Shown here: positions 41,816-56,590 of the stretch, one piece after another
Layout: every line of letters starts with the position of its first letter
Numbering within the stretch: position 1 is the first letter of the stretch
Origin: the human T2T-CHM13v2.0 reference genome, Homo sapiens
Assembly: GCF_009914755.1 (NCBI RefSeq)
Contig: NC_060935.1
Direction: 5' to 3' (one strand)
Length of the DNA: 64,000 bases
Translations under genes and position numbers: made by a program
The notes under the pieces: generated by a model
What the model saw: the letters and a program-made list of their open reading frames with translations, nothing else
The model's database searches: none
Told to the model about the DNA's origin: nothing

Positions 41816-42174
41816 AACTCTACTACTCCTTTACACAGCTCAATGACTGTGGGTTACCTCCCCCTTCTCCCCACCACCTTACCCCATGACCCAACAATTT
41901 AAAATGCCATAAAGATCTGGCTTTTATCTGAAAATCTCTCCAGCCCTCTTATATGTGGCCTCATATCCTATCTTCCTCATTCTTTCTGTACATCTGATTT
42001 TATATAGCCTTTTGACTTAGCAGTTAAGCTAATAACAAAAGTGGTAATACCAAGAGGGCCTTATGTCACAAAGTTTTGTCCAGCTGTAATTAAATGCCCT
42101 GTGTTTTCTGAATCATTGACTTCTATATGTGTCTAAACCTCTTCAAAAAAGGCTTCTCAAAAATCTAAATGCCT

Positions 42175-42715
42175 CTACTGCTAAATTTTATGTGTGTAAC
42201 TTGACTGAGTTAAGGGACACCCATATAGCTGCTAAAACATTATTTCTGAGTGTGTCTGTGCGGATGTTTCCGAAAGAGACTAGCATTTACAGAATCAGAA
42301 ACTAGCATTTACAGAATCAGTAGACTCTAAAGAAATATGCCTTCACTAATGTAGGGGAGGGGGATAATATAATCTACTGAATAACCAGATAGAAGAAAAA
42401 GGTGGAGTAAGGGTGAATTCACTTTCTCTTCTGGAGTTGGGACATCCATCTTTTCCTGCTGTTAGACATCAGGGTTCCAGGTTCTTGCGCCTTAGAACTC
42501 TGAGACTTCCACCATTGGCTCCTCTGGTTCTCAGGCCTTTGATTCAGACTGAATTATGCCACTGGCTTTCAGGTTATTCAGCTTGCAGATGGCATGTCAT
42601 GGGACTTCCCAGTCTCCATAATCTAATGGCCAATTTCCATAATAAATCCCCTCTTGTTAAACTCTCTCTATATATCCTGTTGGTTCTGTTCCTCTGGAAA
42701 ATTCTGACTAATACA
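42175..42715 (+). mobile_element. MLT2-type (ERVL) solo LTR
   Basis: aattttatgtgtgtaacttgactg...ctggagttgggacatccatc...ggttctgttcctctggaaaattctgactaataca. Confidence 0.88.
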
Positions 42716-44423
42716 ATAAATGATAGTCTTTATTTTCAGAAGTTGTTTTAAAATTTTTGAGCAAAAATTTTGATTTATGTTAATATTCAGTTCTTAGACA
42801 TTTAGCATGCACATCTTAATAATGGTGTTAATGTGTCTGAAATGAGTGACTTGACTATTAAGAGTATTCTGATTTGTCCCATTATATTTGCTGTATCATC
42901 CTCAGTATACTGTAAGCTCTTTGAGGAAAGGGACAGTGCTTTCTGTAGTACTTTGTCAATTTAAAGTACCTTGCAACATTATAACAAATAACGAAATAAG
43001 GGAAAAAATTACATACTGGTATTGATTCTTTGGTTTATTATGCTCTGTATATGTGGGTAGGGAAATAGTAAAAAACATTGTAAACTTTATAATAACTGCT
43101 ATGTAAAGAATATTTATAATAATACCCCTTTATGAAGATTTTGAAATTTCTGATTAACAAATACAATTGATTTCACTCATGGAAAAATTAAAGTTGACAT
43201 CCACGTTTAATCAAAGTCTACTGATCAATCACTTAGTATATGCCAGGCACTGGGATAGCCACAGTACTTTGTGGGAGGCTAGAATATAATAAACATCTCC
43301 TCACTTATGCATGTACTCATTGTTCTTATCTATTAATCAGATATCAGCCTAAGTTTGGTCTTGTATTATTAGACTTATGTTTTGCTACATATCAAAGATG
43401 AGAGGATTAGAGCCTGCATTTTGTTGCCTCTTTGTGCCAGGAAACTGCAATGCCATTTCCTTCATTGGCTCTTTCATCCCACAGGCAGTGCCTGACATGT
43501 AATACTAACTTCTCTTTAGTATGCTTTTTCTAATGAAGGATAATGAGATTCTGTAATGCAGCAAGGATAATTTATGAATCGGCATCAAATAAGGCTTTGA
43601 AAGCAAACTAAAGACAAATCTCACTAAGTTAGCTATTCATAGCCTGCCCCTGGAATTAAATCAAAAGCACTGAACAGCATCTAAAGATTGTGAGCCAACT
43701 GTCTTTTACTGCTGACAAGATGCTTGGCACTAGTCTGCAAATCAAAAATTATTTTATCATGTATAATTTTTGAGGGTGTTGCAAGATTGTGCAAAAGAGT
43801 CAAAAAGGAACACCCATGGGCCCTTTTAGGGGAGTATTTTTTGACAGCAATAGTTCCTTTTTTTCAGATATAAATAATTAAAATACACACTAAGTCACAG
43901 ACATTAAAATAATCTCGAATTTTGCATGAAGATCCATGAAAGTTAATAATTCTCTTATTCTAACATCTAGTGTATATTTTCATCTTTCCCTACCCCAAAC
44001 CCATTGTTTATTCATATTTTGTTTTCCTAGTTTTCTCTCTTATACCCCTCAGCTCAAACTTTACATATTTAGTAATCACTAAGCAAAGTTAATTCTACTT
44101 CCTAAATATGTTACTCAGTTGTCCTCTTTCCTCTGTTTATCATGTCACTGCTTGACTTATTCCCTCTTCCCTCTTATCTAGACCAAGGGAGGAGGCCATA
44201 TGTAGAGAAGAGGGTACAGAACAATGTCCATATGGCTGGGATAAAAGGTATGGTAGAGGATCCGTGCAAGTTAAAGATGGAAATGGAGTTCTATGGATGG
44301 AGAAGGGCCTTGCATGGTAGGACATCAACATTTAGCCTGAAATTTATGGAGAACAACTAAAAAAGTAAATGCAATGATCACAAAACAAAACTACTCTGGT
44401 GGTAATGAGTCGTTAGAGAAGGC

Positions 44424-44946
44424 ATGGTACTCAGAATCATGAGTCCCCAAGATGTCAATGTCCTAATCTCTGGAACCTTTTACATGGCAAACGGTTAAAG
44501 AGCTTGAGACATGGAGAAATCCTGGATTATCCAGGAAGACCTAATATAATTACAAAGACCCAGTATAGTTATAAGGGCCCTTAGAAGGAAAAGAATGAGA
44601 AAGGAGACAGAGCACAAAATGTGATGACAGAAACACATACACACACACAGAGGGGGAGGGAAAGAAAGTGAGGGAGGAGGAATATTTGAAGGTGTTATCC
44701 TACTGGCTTTGAAGGTGGAGGAAGAGGTCATGAGGCAAGGAATGCAGGTGGCCTCTAGAAGCTGTTAAATAAAAGGAAATAAACCTTCTCTTAGAGGCTC
44801 CAGAAGGAATGCAGCCCTGTTGACATCTTGATTTAGCCCAGTGAGACCCATTTTGGACTTTGACCTCCAAAATTATAAGTCAATACATTGGTATTGTTTT
44901 AAGCTCCCAAATCTGTGGTAACATGTTAGGGCAGCCATACAGAAGG
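44424..44946 (+). mobile_element. MLT1D-type MaLR solo LTR
   Basis: ccccaagatgtcaatgtcctaatctctggaacc...ggctttgaaggtggaggaagagg...gcccagtgagacccattttggact. Confidence 0.85.
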
Positions 44947-46869
44947 CAAAAAAGGAATGGGTAAGTGGAGAAGGTAGGTTTTGAGGGTTAGCATAACAGC
45001 ACATTCCTAATAATTGCAGCTGCTCAGCAAAACACAGGTTTAGAAGGGAAAGAGAAAATTAAGTATTATTTTTGAATCAGAGTGCCTTAGAAAATAAACA
45101 AAATATCTGACATATTTGAAATAATTATGCAGTTAGGCAATGACACAGATTCTATGCATAAGACCCTGTCCTTTGTAAGACATTTTTCTTATTTTGTAGG
45201 AGAAATATAAACATGGTGAAAAGGCAATTTAATGCTATTAATATAAGACTTAATGCAGTTGAAATTTAATAATGAATTGTATCTTTTTTAGAACATGAAA
45301 GGTTGCTTCTTCTTAAATCAAATATCACTAATGTTTGCACAATCTTGGATAATAATATAACTGAAAATACTTTTGCTTTCATTCTAGTCCCCAAATATAT
45401 GCTAAGAGTAACAAAATGTAGTGAGCATATAAATTGTGTGGTCCACTTCATTACTTCATGTCTTAGTGGCTATTATAAACCAGAAACTAAATGGAGTAGA
45501 CCTACAGACGTATATATGTTGGAGAAATGATAGATTTTTTTTTTTGGTTGTATCTAACACTGAAGTAAAAATATTTCATAATATATTAGGCACCTAAAAG
45601 CATTTTGTAAGGCAAACCATTTTGCATCTGAAGAAACTTAGACCCATAAAGACTAAACAACCCACCTTGATGACATACTGATAAGGAATGAATCCAGGAC
45701 ACAGGGCCTTATGTGTGGACATCAAGGCCTGGTCCCTATTCTCAACCACTGCACTGTCAAATTCATTGTCATACCTTATGTACTGTTAGGGTATTTATAT
45801 TTTGCGTTGGTGAACAGCTACACAACTGAGTATTATAAGTTGACTCACTATCTTAATGGCTGCCTAGTATTTAATGCAGCATTATTATTGTTGAACATTT
45901 GGCTTGATTACAATTTTTTTCCTAATAAACAGTGCTGCAGTGATCATCCCTCTAAGGGAGTCTTTATATATCTTATTTACCTTTAATGCCCAGAAGTGGA
46001 ATTACTTTTTATTAGGCAGTACTAAATTGACCTCCAGAAAAGACTTATTTATCATGTCTGTGTTTTAAATTTTCCTTCTGTAATGATTCTACTATACAGG
46101 ATGGCTTTATAATTACTCGTAATAATAGTTCACAGGAATGCAGTCACCCATCCATCTTTCCTCTGATCACATGGATGCATTTCTGACATGGCCAAACATT
46201 GGTGGATATATTTTGTGAACACTGAATTTGAAATGAAATAGTGGCATCTGATATTTCAATAAATTCAGAGAAACACTTAAGTTACAGAGAAGGAAACTTT
46301 CTGCTATTCTCAAGGTAATTATTAAAATACCTAACATGTTAAGGTCAGAGCCTACTCAATATAACGAGGTGTTAACATGCTCTAAAAACAGTCTAATTAG
46401 AACTACTGTTGGGTTAAGTTTTCATGCCTCCGGGAGATAGGTCTGCTTTGATTTAAGTCAGTTTCTCTCTTCTTGTCAGAAAGTTATTCAAAATGTTCTT
46501 TCCTCTTTATTCCTTTGTCCTCCTTCTTCCTTCTAGTTTTGCATAAGTTCTAGAGGTTTGAAATGAGCATTTTGAACAAAGCACACATATGCTGAACTTA
46601 ACGATAAATGCACTATCTGTAATTCTTTCAACTTCGTTCTGCATTGCTACAGCTTTTGCCTTCTCATTACTTTATTTTTAAGAGATTTGGAGTAATTGCT
46701 TTTGCTCATTAAAAATGGCTTAACTGCCTGTTAATTATTATACAATCATCTTCTTTATATGATCAACTTAACTGAAATCCTTCATAAAAAATGGGCTCAG
46801 GAAATGCAGGGCACAATCTCCATGTTTCAGTCACAGTAATCAACTTAGTATATGCACACACACACACAC

Positions 46870-48370
<1,501 letters not shown>

Positions 48371-48703
48371 TTCAGGTGCTACTGAGAAAATGGGATGACT
48401 CATAAGTAAATAAAATATTTTGCAAAACAGAAATATATCATTTCCAGAGTAGTTATAGATAGGGGTTTAAGATAAGACTTTAGCATGGAGAGGGGGTCTG
48501 TTTTATACAGTAGAGTGAGGCAGTCTTAAACACAACAAGCAGATATCTACATTAAATTTTGACAGAGTAAAAGTTTGTGACTAAATTTATCAATAATTAA
48601 TCTGTATATTGTAGCTGAGTTTTCTGCTTGAAATATGTTACTGAGAACACTCTGATGCTCAGCAAAAAAATAAATAAATAAACAGGAAATGCTGATTGAT
48701 GAC

Positions 48704-49782
48704 TTTGATAATGTGAATTTGCTAGTTGGGCTGAGGGAGCAAAGCAGCAACTCATTGCTGAATTTCTCACCTTCCTTTTTTTGCCAACAATAAAGTGGAT
48801 TATATTTGTCATTTTTTCAATACAAAGCATCAGCAATGAAGAGAAAATTTTATGCAAGTTGCAGAAAGTTGAGTAGTTTTATCTAGCAAAAATTGGAAGT
48901 ATTCTGACCTTATGATGAGATAAATATTCCAATGTGTAAAATTCTCCCTGTCATTGAAGGGCACAGGCTGGATGCAGGTGGCTCTGGTTGGCAAAAATTT
49001 TGAAAACAAATTGTTGATTATTCTGCCAGATTACTGATTACTTTGGTTTATTCATTTGTTCTCTATCAAGTTTGGGGAATATTGTATAATTGTTACAAAT
49101 TCAGCATCATTGTCATTGTTCTGGTATTCTTTAGAGTCTGTTGATGAGCTCCATCAGTCCTTTTACTTCCTCTTTAAGTTCTTGGTTGGAATGAGGAAAA
49201 GCATGATAAATGCAGAGCTTTCCACCAAGTATGTGGTTGATGTTGAATAAATAAACAATGAATATATGAATGAAAATCTTCTGACATCCTGATGACAGAA
49301 TACATTTACCTTTTCAATGTCAGAAAAAAATGTGAAAAGTAGATTGAGAAAAACTTTGAGAAATACAAGTGTAGGGAACAGAGTGTTATGAAATCTCATA
49401 TATCCATCACACAGCTTTGAGAATTACCAACCCACAGCCAATCCTGTTTCATGTATGTCCTTACTGGCTTCTGATTTCTTCCAATAATATTCCTGGAGTA
49501 AATATTGCTGTTTTCTGAATATGACTTATTAACAATTCAACCTTCGTGCAAAAATTAAGAACTATGTAATAATTATTAAGTCACTCCAATAAATTTACTT
49601 AATGCTTTGAGCTTTGCATTTTATAAACTACTCTTTTGTCATAGTTTAACCCTCTCTAATTTAGCTCTTGTTTCAACATCTCAGTGGTTCTTTGTAAATA
49701 TGCAATTTCTCTCTCTCTCTATATATATATACGTATATATACAAATATTTATTTGCCCAACTAGCAAATTCGCATTATCAAA
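48704..49782. repeat. Dispersed 28-bp inverted repeat (arms 48704-48731 and 49755-49782)
   Basis: tttgataatgtgaatttgctagttgggc against gcccaactagcaaattcgcattatcaaa: 27 of 28 complementary; the single difference is TG versus CG. Confidence 0.95.
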
Positions 49783-50344
49783 TATATATTCTGCAGCTGC
49801 TTTTCATTCATGGTAGTTAAGGTTGTTCATTTATCCATAGTGGCTCTTATTTTTGTTTGTTTTTTCTTTGGAACATTTCTACTGTTACTGAGATAACATT
49901 CACCTTTGGAATAAATTGGTTGTATTAACCTTGTCAGATGTTATTTCCTAAAACCAGTGAATAAGAGTTTTGCCACTGAATGAACGATATAGCCATGGCC
50001 TTTGGTCTTTCTTTGTTTTTATTTACAGAAAAAAAATTTTTTTGAATTATAGGTTCAGATTTTTTCCTGAGAGTATTAAAGAATCAATTTAATTGATATG
50101 GTCTTAGACATAATTACTGCAATTTTATAAAAATGAATGGTTTTTTGAATTGTGGCTATTTGACTACAAAATGTGCTCTTACATATTCTTATAGATGTCA
50201 GCAAAAAAGTCCTAGAAGTGCTTCGTGATTAAAAGAAACAAGAATATACATTATCGCTTAGAATGTTGCAAATATTTATTAATCATATCTTTTGTTACAA
50301 ATTTGTTAAAAAGTTTAATTCAAAATAAACGCTTTCTTTTGTGC

Positions 50345-51690
50345 TGGGTCAAAGTCTTCAAATTTTGTTCTTTCTTGCCTTTTTAGCCTGCCTTGTAATT
50401 TTCTTGCTGACAGCTAGACATAATGAGTCAGGAACTGTGGTAAATAAGTCTTTTTTTTTTTTTTTTTTTTTAGACAGAGTCTCTCTCTGTCACCCAGGGT
50501 GGAGTGCAGTGGCACAATCTCGGCTCACCACAACCTTCGCCTCCTGGGTTCAAGTGATTCTCCTGCCTCATCCTCCGAGTAGCTGGGATTACAGGCGCCG
50601 GCCACCATATCCAGCTATTTTTTGTATTTTTAGTAGAGACAAGGTTTCACCATGTTGGCCAGGCTGGTCTCGAACTCCTGACCTCAGGTGATACACCTGC
50701 CTTGACCTCCCAAAGTGCTGGGATTACAGGCGTGAGCCACCGCACCCAGCCGGTAAATAAATCTTTAGTGTTAGTTCTTATGCTAATCCTGCTAGGAGTT
50801 GAACTGTGTATAACGTTTGCTGTAGCTGTTAGTGTCAGCAGCTTAGGTTTTATTAGTGTCTGCATTTTGGTCTGTCCCATCACCTTTGGCAAAAGGGAAC
50901 AAAGCGCTTCTTCTTAAATAGACTCTGTCTTGCAGTTCTTTCAGCTATAACCTATTATCGTTATACTGAAGTTTTGTTGATGTGTTGATGAGATATGGGG
51001 CAAAGGAAGTATTCTATAATGTTATAATTAATGTCAGTTGTTTTGAGTGGGCCTGGTTTCTGAGGATGTGACCTTCACAAATGTTTCTTATCAATTTTCC
51101 CCTCCCCTTCGGTGATACAAGAAGGCTAGATGGGACTGGATTTGTATGATTTCTTTTTCCCAAGTTGTATAAGGATTTGATGGTCTTTTTTCTTGCAGGG
51201 AAGATATTTCTTAAAATGGAAAATGTTCTGGGAGTATTTCAAAATGGTTAGCTTTCTCCTCCTCTTGCTATATGAAATTATATAGGAATATAATTATATT
51301 TCTTGCTAGAAATGTAATTTTCCCTGAATTAGTGGGATTCCTAGAGATAAGACCCATGAATGTGTGATTGTCCTAAGACTCAGCCATTAGGAGTTCTCAC
51401 TCTCAACCAGTCCACACTCAGCCTCCAGCGAAGCAACACAATCACCATATAGGTACATCCACCAATGTAAGGCTCCAGTGGTTTTTGCTTCAAAAAACAG
51501 ATCTCCGCTATGAATCTCTGCGTGTCTCTTCAGATTTTGTGGTGCTGGTTTACCTTGAAACCTCAATTCTTTGATGGGTGCAAGAAAGGTTGTTGATTTT
51601 CAGTTTGCTCTGCTTTGTTCTTGTTGTGAGGAGAGAAGTGATAGCATCCGAGCTCTTCACATGACAGAGGTGAAACCAGAAGTCCATGAT
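50345..51690 (-). mobile_element. Old L1M 5'-region relic in antisense, with an Alu inside
   Basis: ttgcctttttagcctgccttgtaattttc...ggttgttgattttcagtttgctctgctttgttcttgttgtgagga. Confidence 0.55.
50451..50751 (-). mobile_element. AluSx-type
   Basis: Full reverse Alu. TSD ggtaaataa(g/a)tcttt at 50439-50453 and 50752-50766. Confidence 0.96.
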
Positions 51691-52104
51691 TATCGTTTTA
51701 TACATTTACTATGAAAGTTTTCAAACATATACAAAATTATCAGTAGTACACAGAAACCTTATGTGTCTATCACAGAATAGATCACAAATAACAATATTCG
51801 TTGATCTTGTTTCATCTATGTCTCCCATGTTTTTACTTAAGCCAAGAATTATTATAAAATAAATACCAAACATCAAAACCCCTAACACACAAAGCCTTCA
51901 AGCCTCAATTTATTCTGTTTCAATGTTGACATTGACTGAATATTAGATGGTTTTAAGAGATTATTATTAACTTTGTTGGGCCTTATACTACGACAGTTAT
52001 ATATTTTTTATTATTTTAAAATCCCCCCCAGCCTTGTGTAACTCCCAATCTATTCTCTATGTTTATGATAAAATATATCTTAAAAAGTGGATCTCATAAC
52101 AGTA

Positions 52105-52638
52105 ATTTATTTTTATTTTTAGTTATTATAAATACATACTAGTTATACATATTTACAGGGTGCATGTCATATTTTGACACAAGTACACAATTTGTAATAA
52201 ACAAATCAGAGTAATTGGGGTATTTCATCACCTCAAACATCATTTCCTTGTGTTAGGAACATTTTAATTTCACTCTTCTAGTTATTTTGAAATATACAAT
52301 AAAATATTATTTACTACAGTCACTCTATTGTGCTACCAAACACTAGATCGTATTCCTTCTGTCTAACTGTATTTTTATACCCATAAACCATCCCGTCTTT
52401 ATCTCCCATTCCCACTCTGCTTCCCAGCCTTTGGTAGCCATCATTCTACTCTCTAGCTCCATGAGTTCAATATTTTCTTTAGCTCCCGAACATTATTGAG
52501 TAGATGCAATATGTGTTTTTCTGTGCCTGGCTTATTTCAATAAACAAAATGTCCTCCAGTTACATCCCTGTTGTTGCAAATGACAGAGTCTCATTTTTTA
52601 TGGCTGAATAGTATTCCATTGTGTGTATGTACCACATT
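52105..52638 (-). mobile_element. L1MA 3' end
   Basis: aaatcagagtaattggggtatttcatcacc...ctagttattttgaaatatacaat...tggctgaatagtattccattgtg. Confidence 0.88.
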
Positions 52639-54009
52639 AAGCATCCTTATTTATTAGAGATAAGTGCTGAAATTTTTATGGGTGTTTGGGGTTGTTATTG
52701 TTTTTATTGTTTTCAATTATTGATAGTTATATAACAAAAGGCAGATTTATTATGGAGAAGATTGTTTAAATAAGTCATCTTTCTAAATACTTATCTAAGT
52801 ACTTATCTAAATACCATCAAAATAGAAAACACAGTATATAAAACATTTTATAATTTATTACTACTTAAATTAACTAACTGCTTAATAAAATTAACCTTAC
52901 CACTTTTAAATATTAATGGAAGTTTTGTTTTATTTTCTCCTTAAGATAGTTTCTTTCATACATTTATCCCAGGCACCACCCAAATAATGGCATGCTGGTT
53001 TCACATTAGGCACCAAGATCCAGTGGGGTGGGGAGGTGGGAACGTAACTTTAAAAAGATGCCAGGAACTCACCTGAATATTTGGAAAACCATGGAATATT
53101 TATCATGACATTTATATACAGAATTACTTCAGGGTAATCAAGTAGTTGATAGGGGATGTTTATCTTTTATGTTAATATTCATAGTACTAATGGAGAGCAG
53201 AATGATAGAATTAGGACATGACCATATTTTAACCTCTAAGGAATTTGTAGATTTAGACAATAATCATCAAAGTAATGACATCAAAAAAGCCAGACATTAT
53301 GAAAGTATACAACACCATCTATGAAGTAGTTTTGTGTCTTGTAATGGATAGATATAGAAAAATATCTCATTCCTCTGTATTTACTGCAAATTAGTGGTTA
53401 AATTCAGAGGCCCTTGAATTATGGTAGTTTACTTTATTGATAATGCGTTCTTATCTTCTTTATATGCTGACCAATAAGACTTTAAAATATATATTTTAAA
53501 AGTTATATTATTAATGATTTTACCTGAGCTGGACATACCATATATGAATCGAAACTTGCAATTTTTTTTATGACTAACTCTATTCACAGTCTCATCTGTT
53601 GTGATTTTAGTTGGCTATTTCACACACTAAAAGAGATGTACACATATATATTGTGTTATGGAGTGTCCTTGTGGGAATTGTCAAATATTGGCAATCACAA
53701 TATTTAATATGAACTTTGTGCCAGATTCTACTATTCAATTCATATGTATCTTCTCACTTATGTTAATACTCCCATCATACATACATGGAAACTGAATAAC
53801 AAAGAAGGTATGTAACTTTCTGAGGTTACATAAGTGTTAAAACTTACTTGTGTTTGACTCCCGTGATTATAGTTTTAGCAACAAAAATTAATGAATTCAT
53901 CCAGTACTAATACATTGCAGTGGCAAGTCACATATGACAACAATCTTGGAGGCTGAACATAAAATGTTCCTTTCCTTGGCACAAGGTAGGTTTTAAGGTG
54001 ATCTGGTTA

Positions 54010-54800
54010 TTCAAAAGGATACCTTTGTACTTACCATAGGACTCAGCCATCCCACTCTTACATATTTATCCAAGAAAAATGAAAACACCTTTCTATACCA
54101 TATGTGAACAAATCAAAATCTGTATTGGCTTCTATCTCCATTGTAACAAATTACCACAACCTAGTGGTTTAAGTTAACACAAATTTATCGTCTCTCACTG
54201 TGCAGGTCAGTGTTTGCTGGGCTACATTCCATCCAGAGGCTTCAGGGTAAAATTCATTTCCTTGTCTTTTTCAGCTTTTAAAAGCTACCCGCATTTTGTG
54301 GCTCACAGACTCTCTCCGACATCACTCCAACCCCTTGTTTTCACAGTCTCATCCTCTGTTAAACCATAGCAACACTATTCATAATAGTCCAATTATTTAA
54401 AAAAATCTAAATATCAATCAACTAGTGAATGAATAAACAAATTATAGTATATCCATAATATGTAATACTATGCAGCAATAGATAATACAACCATAATGAA
54501 GATAAATCTTGAACATATAATAAGTTTGAGAAGACAAATACAAAATACTGCATACTGTATGTATAAAAATCTGGAAAAGTCAAACTATTATAACAAAATG
54601 CAAATCAGTGTTTGCCTAATGCCAAGAGTTTAGTGAAGTGATGGCAAATGGAAAGGAGAGACATTTTTATAATGAGATAAATGTTCTATATATCAATTAT
54701 GGTAGTGCCTATACAACCTTATAAAATTGTCACAACTCATCAACTGTATACTTAAAATAGAAAGGTTTGATTTTATGTAAATTGTCCCTCAATAAATTTG
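54010..54800 (+). mobile_element. L1M (L1MB/MC-like) 3' fragment interrupted by MLT1
   Basis: catcccactcttacatatttatccaagaaaaatgaaaac...gtcacaactcatcaactgtatacttaaaa...ctcaataaa. Confidence 0.7.
54121..54360 (-). mobile_element. MLT1C/D-type LTR fragment
   Basis: tgtattggct...tgtaacaaattaccacaacctagtggtttaa...tttccttgtctttttcagctttta. Confidence 0.75.
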
Positions 54801-55839
54801 GAAAACTGTTGATAGACTATCCAGGTTATTTTATGATTTTTTGCTTTTATATAAAATCCTTAATTTTCTAGTAATTAGATTGTCAGTGACAAACCTTATC
54901 AACTTATACATTAGAAGAATGAGTTCCACATTTTTCATGATACAATGCAGATAAGCATCAGAGGCCATTAGAAAAATCAGAAATGCAAATACATTAATAG
55001 AAATTAACATGAGACAACTTTCCATTAATAAAGCTGAGTTTGAACTTTCAAATGCAGAAAATGTCATTGATAAAATTTCAAAGCTTCTTGGATCATTTCC
55101 TTTTTCTCTTAGGAACTTAAATTCCTGTCCCAAGCCGTGAGTACCAACGGATCCTAGGTCAGTTGCACAAAGAATTTAACATTAGAACCAAATAATCATT
55201 TTCTTCAAAGCTCTTCCTAAGGATGGTATAAGCATGGATAGGCTAACTGTAAATTAAACTGTGCTGATCCCTCAATGAAAGGAATATCAACAAAGGTACC
55301 CCTCATTCTATATAATATCTTCATTTGTAAAATGATCCAAGGGTGTAGTTTTGATATGGGAGAGTTAACTTTGTAAAATGCTGTATGCCAAAACATCAAA
55401 GGGATTTTTGTTAATTATGATGATGATGATAACTGTAAATGTTACATACATGTCCTGCTTTGCATAAGTTAATAGAAAGTTCAATTTCCCTCCATTCTTT
55501 CAAATAAGCCACAGAGCAACTTTAATTTCATCCTTCTGCAGAGTTATCTGAACAACTAGGAGCAATTAATTTGTAAGTTATTTACAAGTGCTCACTGAAG
55601 CACATACACTGCTGATTTATGTGGCAGCTAAAGGGCTATGAAGAAGACAATGCTCACTAATCACAGGCACCGGGGACATTATCACCACAAAGTAAGTGAC
55701 ATCTGAGTGTCTTAAAACTGTCACAGAAGGGTTTATACTCATTAGTGGCAGCTCACAGTTTTTTTCACAACCCTGAGCACCAATGGCTAAAAGCATTTAT
55801 TCCATCCAGGGGTAAAGCATAACATAAATAATAGTATCA

Positions 55840-56590
55840 ATTAAATTATCCTGTGTCACCCATCTAAGTATTATCTTCAGCTCATCCTTTATCCCCTGTA
55901 TCTGATCAAAGGCCACATCTTGGGAATCTTACCTCATGCATGTCCTTTAACTCTACCCTTCTTCTCTTCTGTTGTGTCTAGACTATTATAATGACTTCCC
56001 CTCTAACCACCCTGCCCTTAATCTGGCCCCACTCTACCTACTTCACTGAAACCAAATCTGATCATATTACCCACCACTTAATCCTCTCCCCTCCCTCTCG
56101 ATGCTTTCAGGTTGAGGTTGGAATACTCTGATGCAATAAATAAGAACTGAGATGATCTGGCCTTTCTCCACCTCTCCAGTCTAATTTCCATCAACTTTCC
56201 TCTTGTCTCCATTGCTGTATGTACATACAAGGGTGTTACCATTCAGAAGCTCTAAAGCACTTTCCAAGAACACAGCATTTTATGTCATGCCTCCAATATT
56301 TGCTGATCCCTGCTTTTTGCTATGTCTTCTATGTAAACTCATAAAATGCTTCTTTACTCCCCTAGTGTTACTTTCCCTTGAAGCTTTCATTGGCCCAATA
56401 ACATATCAATTATTTACACTCTTCTCTGTTGCTCTTCCTATGTTACTAAAAAAACTTATTTTTTAAATAATTACCTACAAATCATTTATTTATCTGTTTT
56501 TTACTACTTGTATATTATATTTTTTTCTGATTTAGGAAGCATAGCTTATCTTTACAAACCTGGTGGCTGTTGCAGAGTAGATGCTTAATA
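55840..56590 (+). mobile_element. L2 relic
   Basis: caaatctgatcatattaccc, gatgatctggcct and pyrimidine-rich L2-like body. Confidence 0.5.

Noticed and set aside
48704-49782. 1.08-kb DNA transposon bounded by 28-bp TIRs
   Set aside because: The flanks (gatgac and tatata) show no TSD, the termini match no superfamily signature I recognise, and the interior looks like ordinary genomic DNA.
53025-53040. G-quadruplex candidate ggggtggggaggtggg
   Set aside because: Only three runs have three or more G, and there is no supporting context.
53067-53075. Minus-strand donor CAG|gtgagt
   Set aside because: No convincing acceptor within exon distance.
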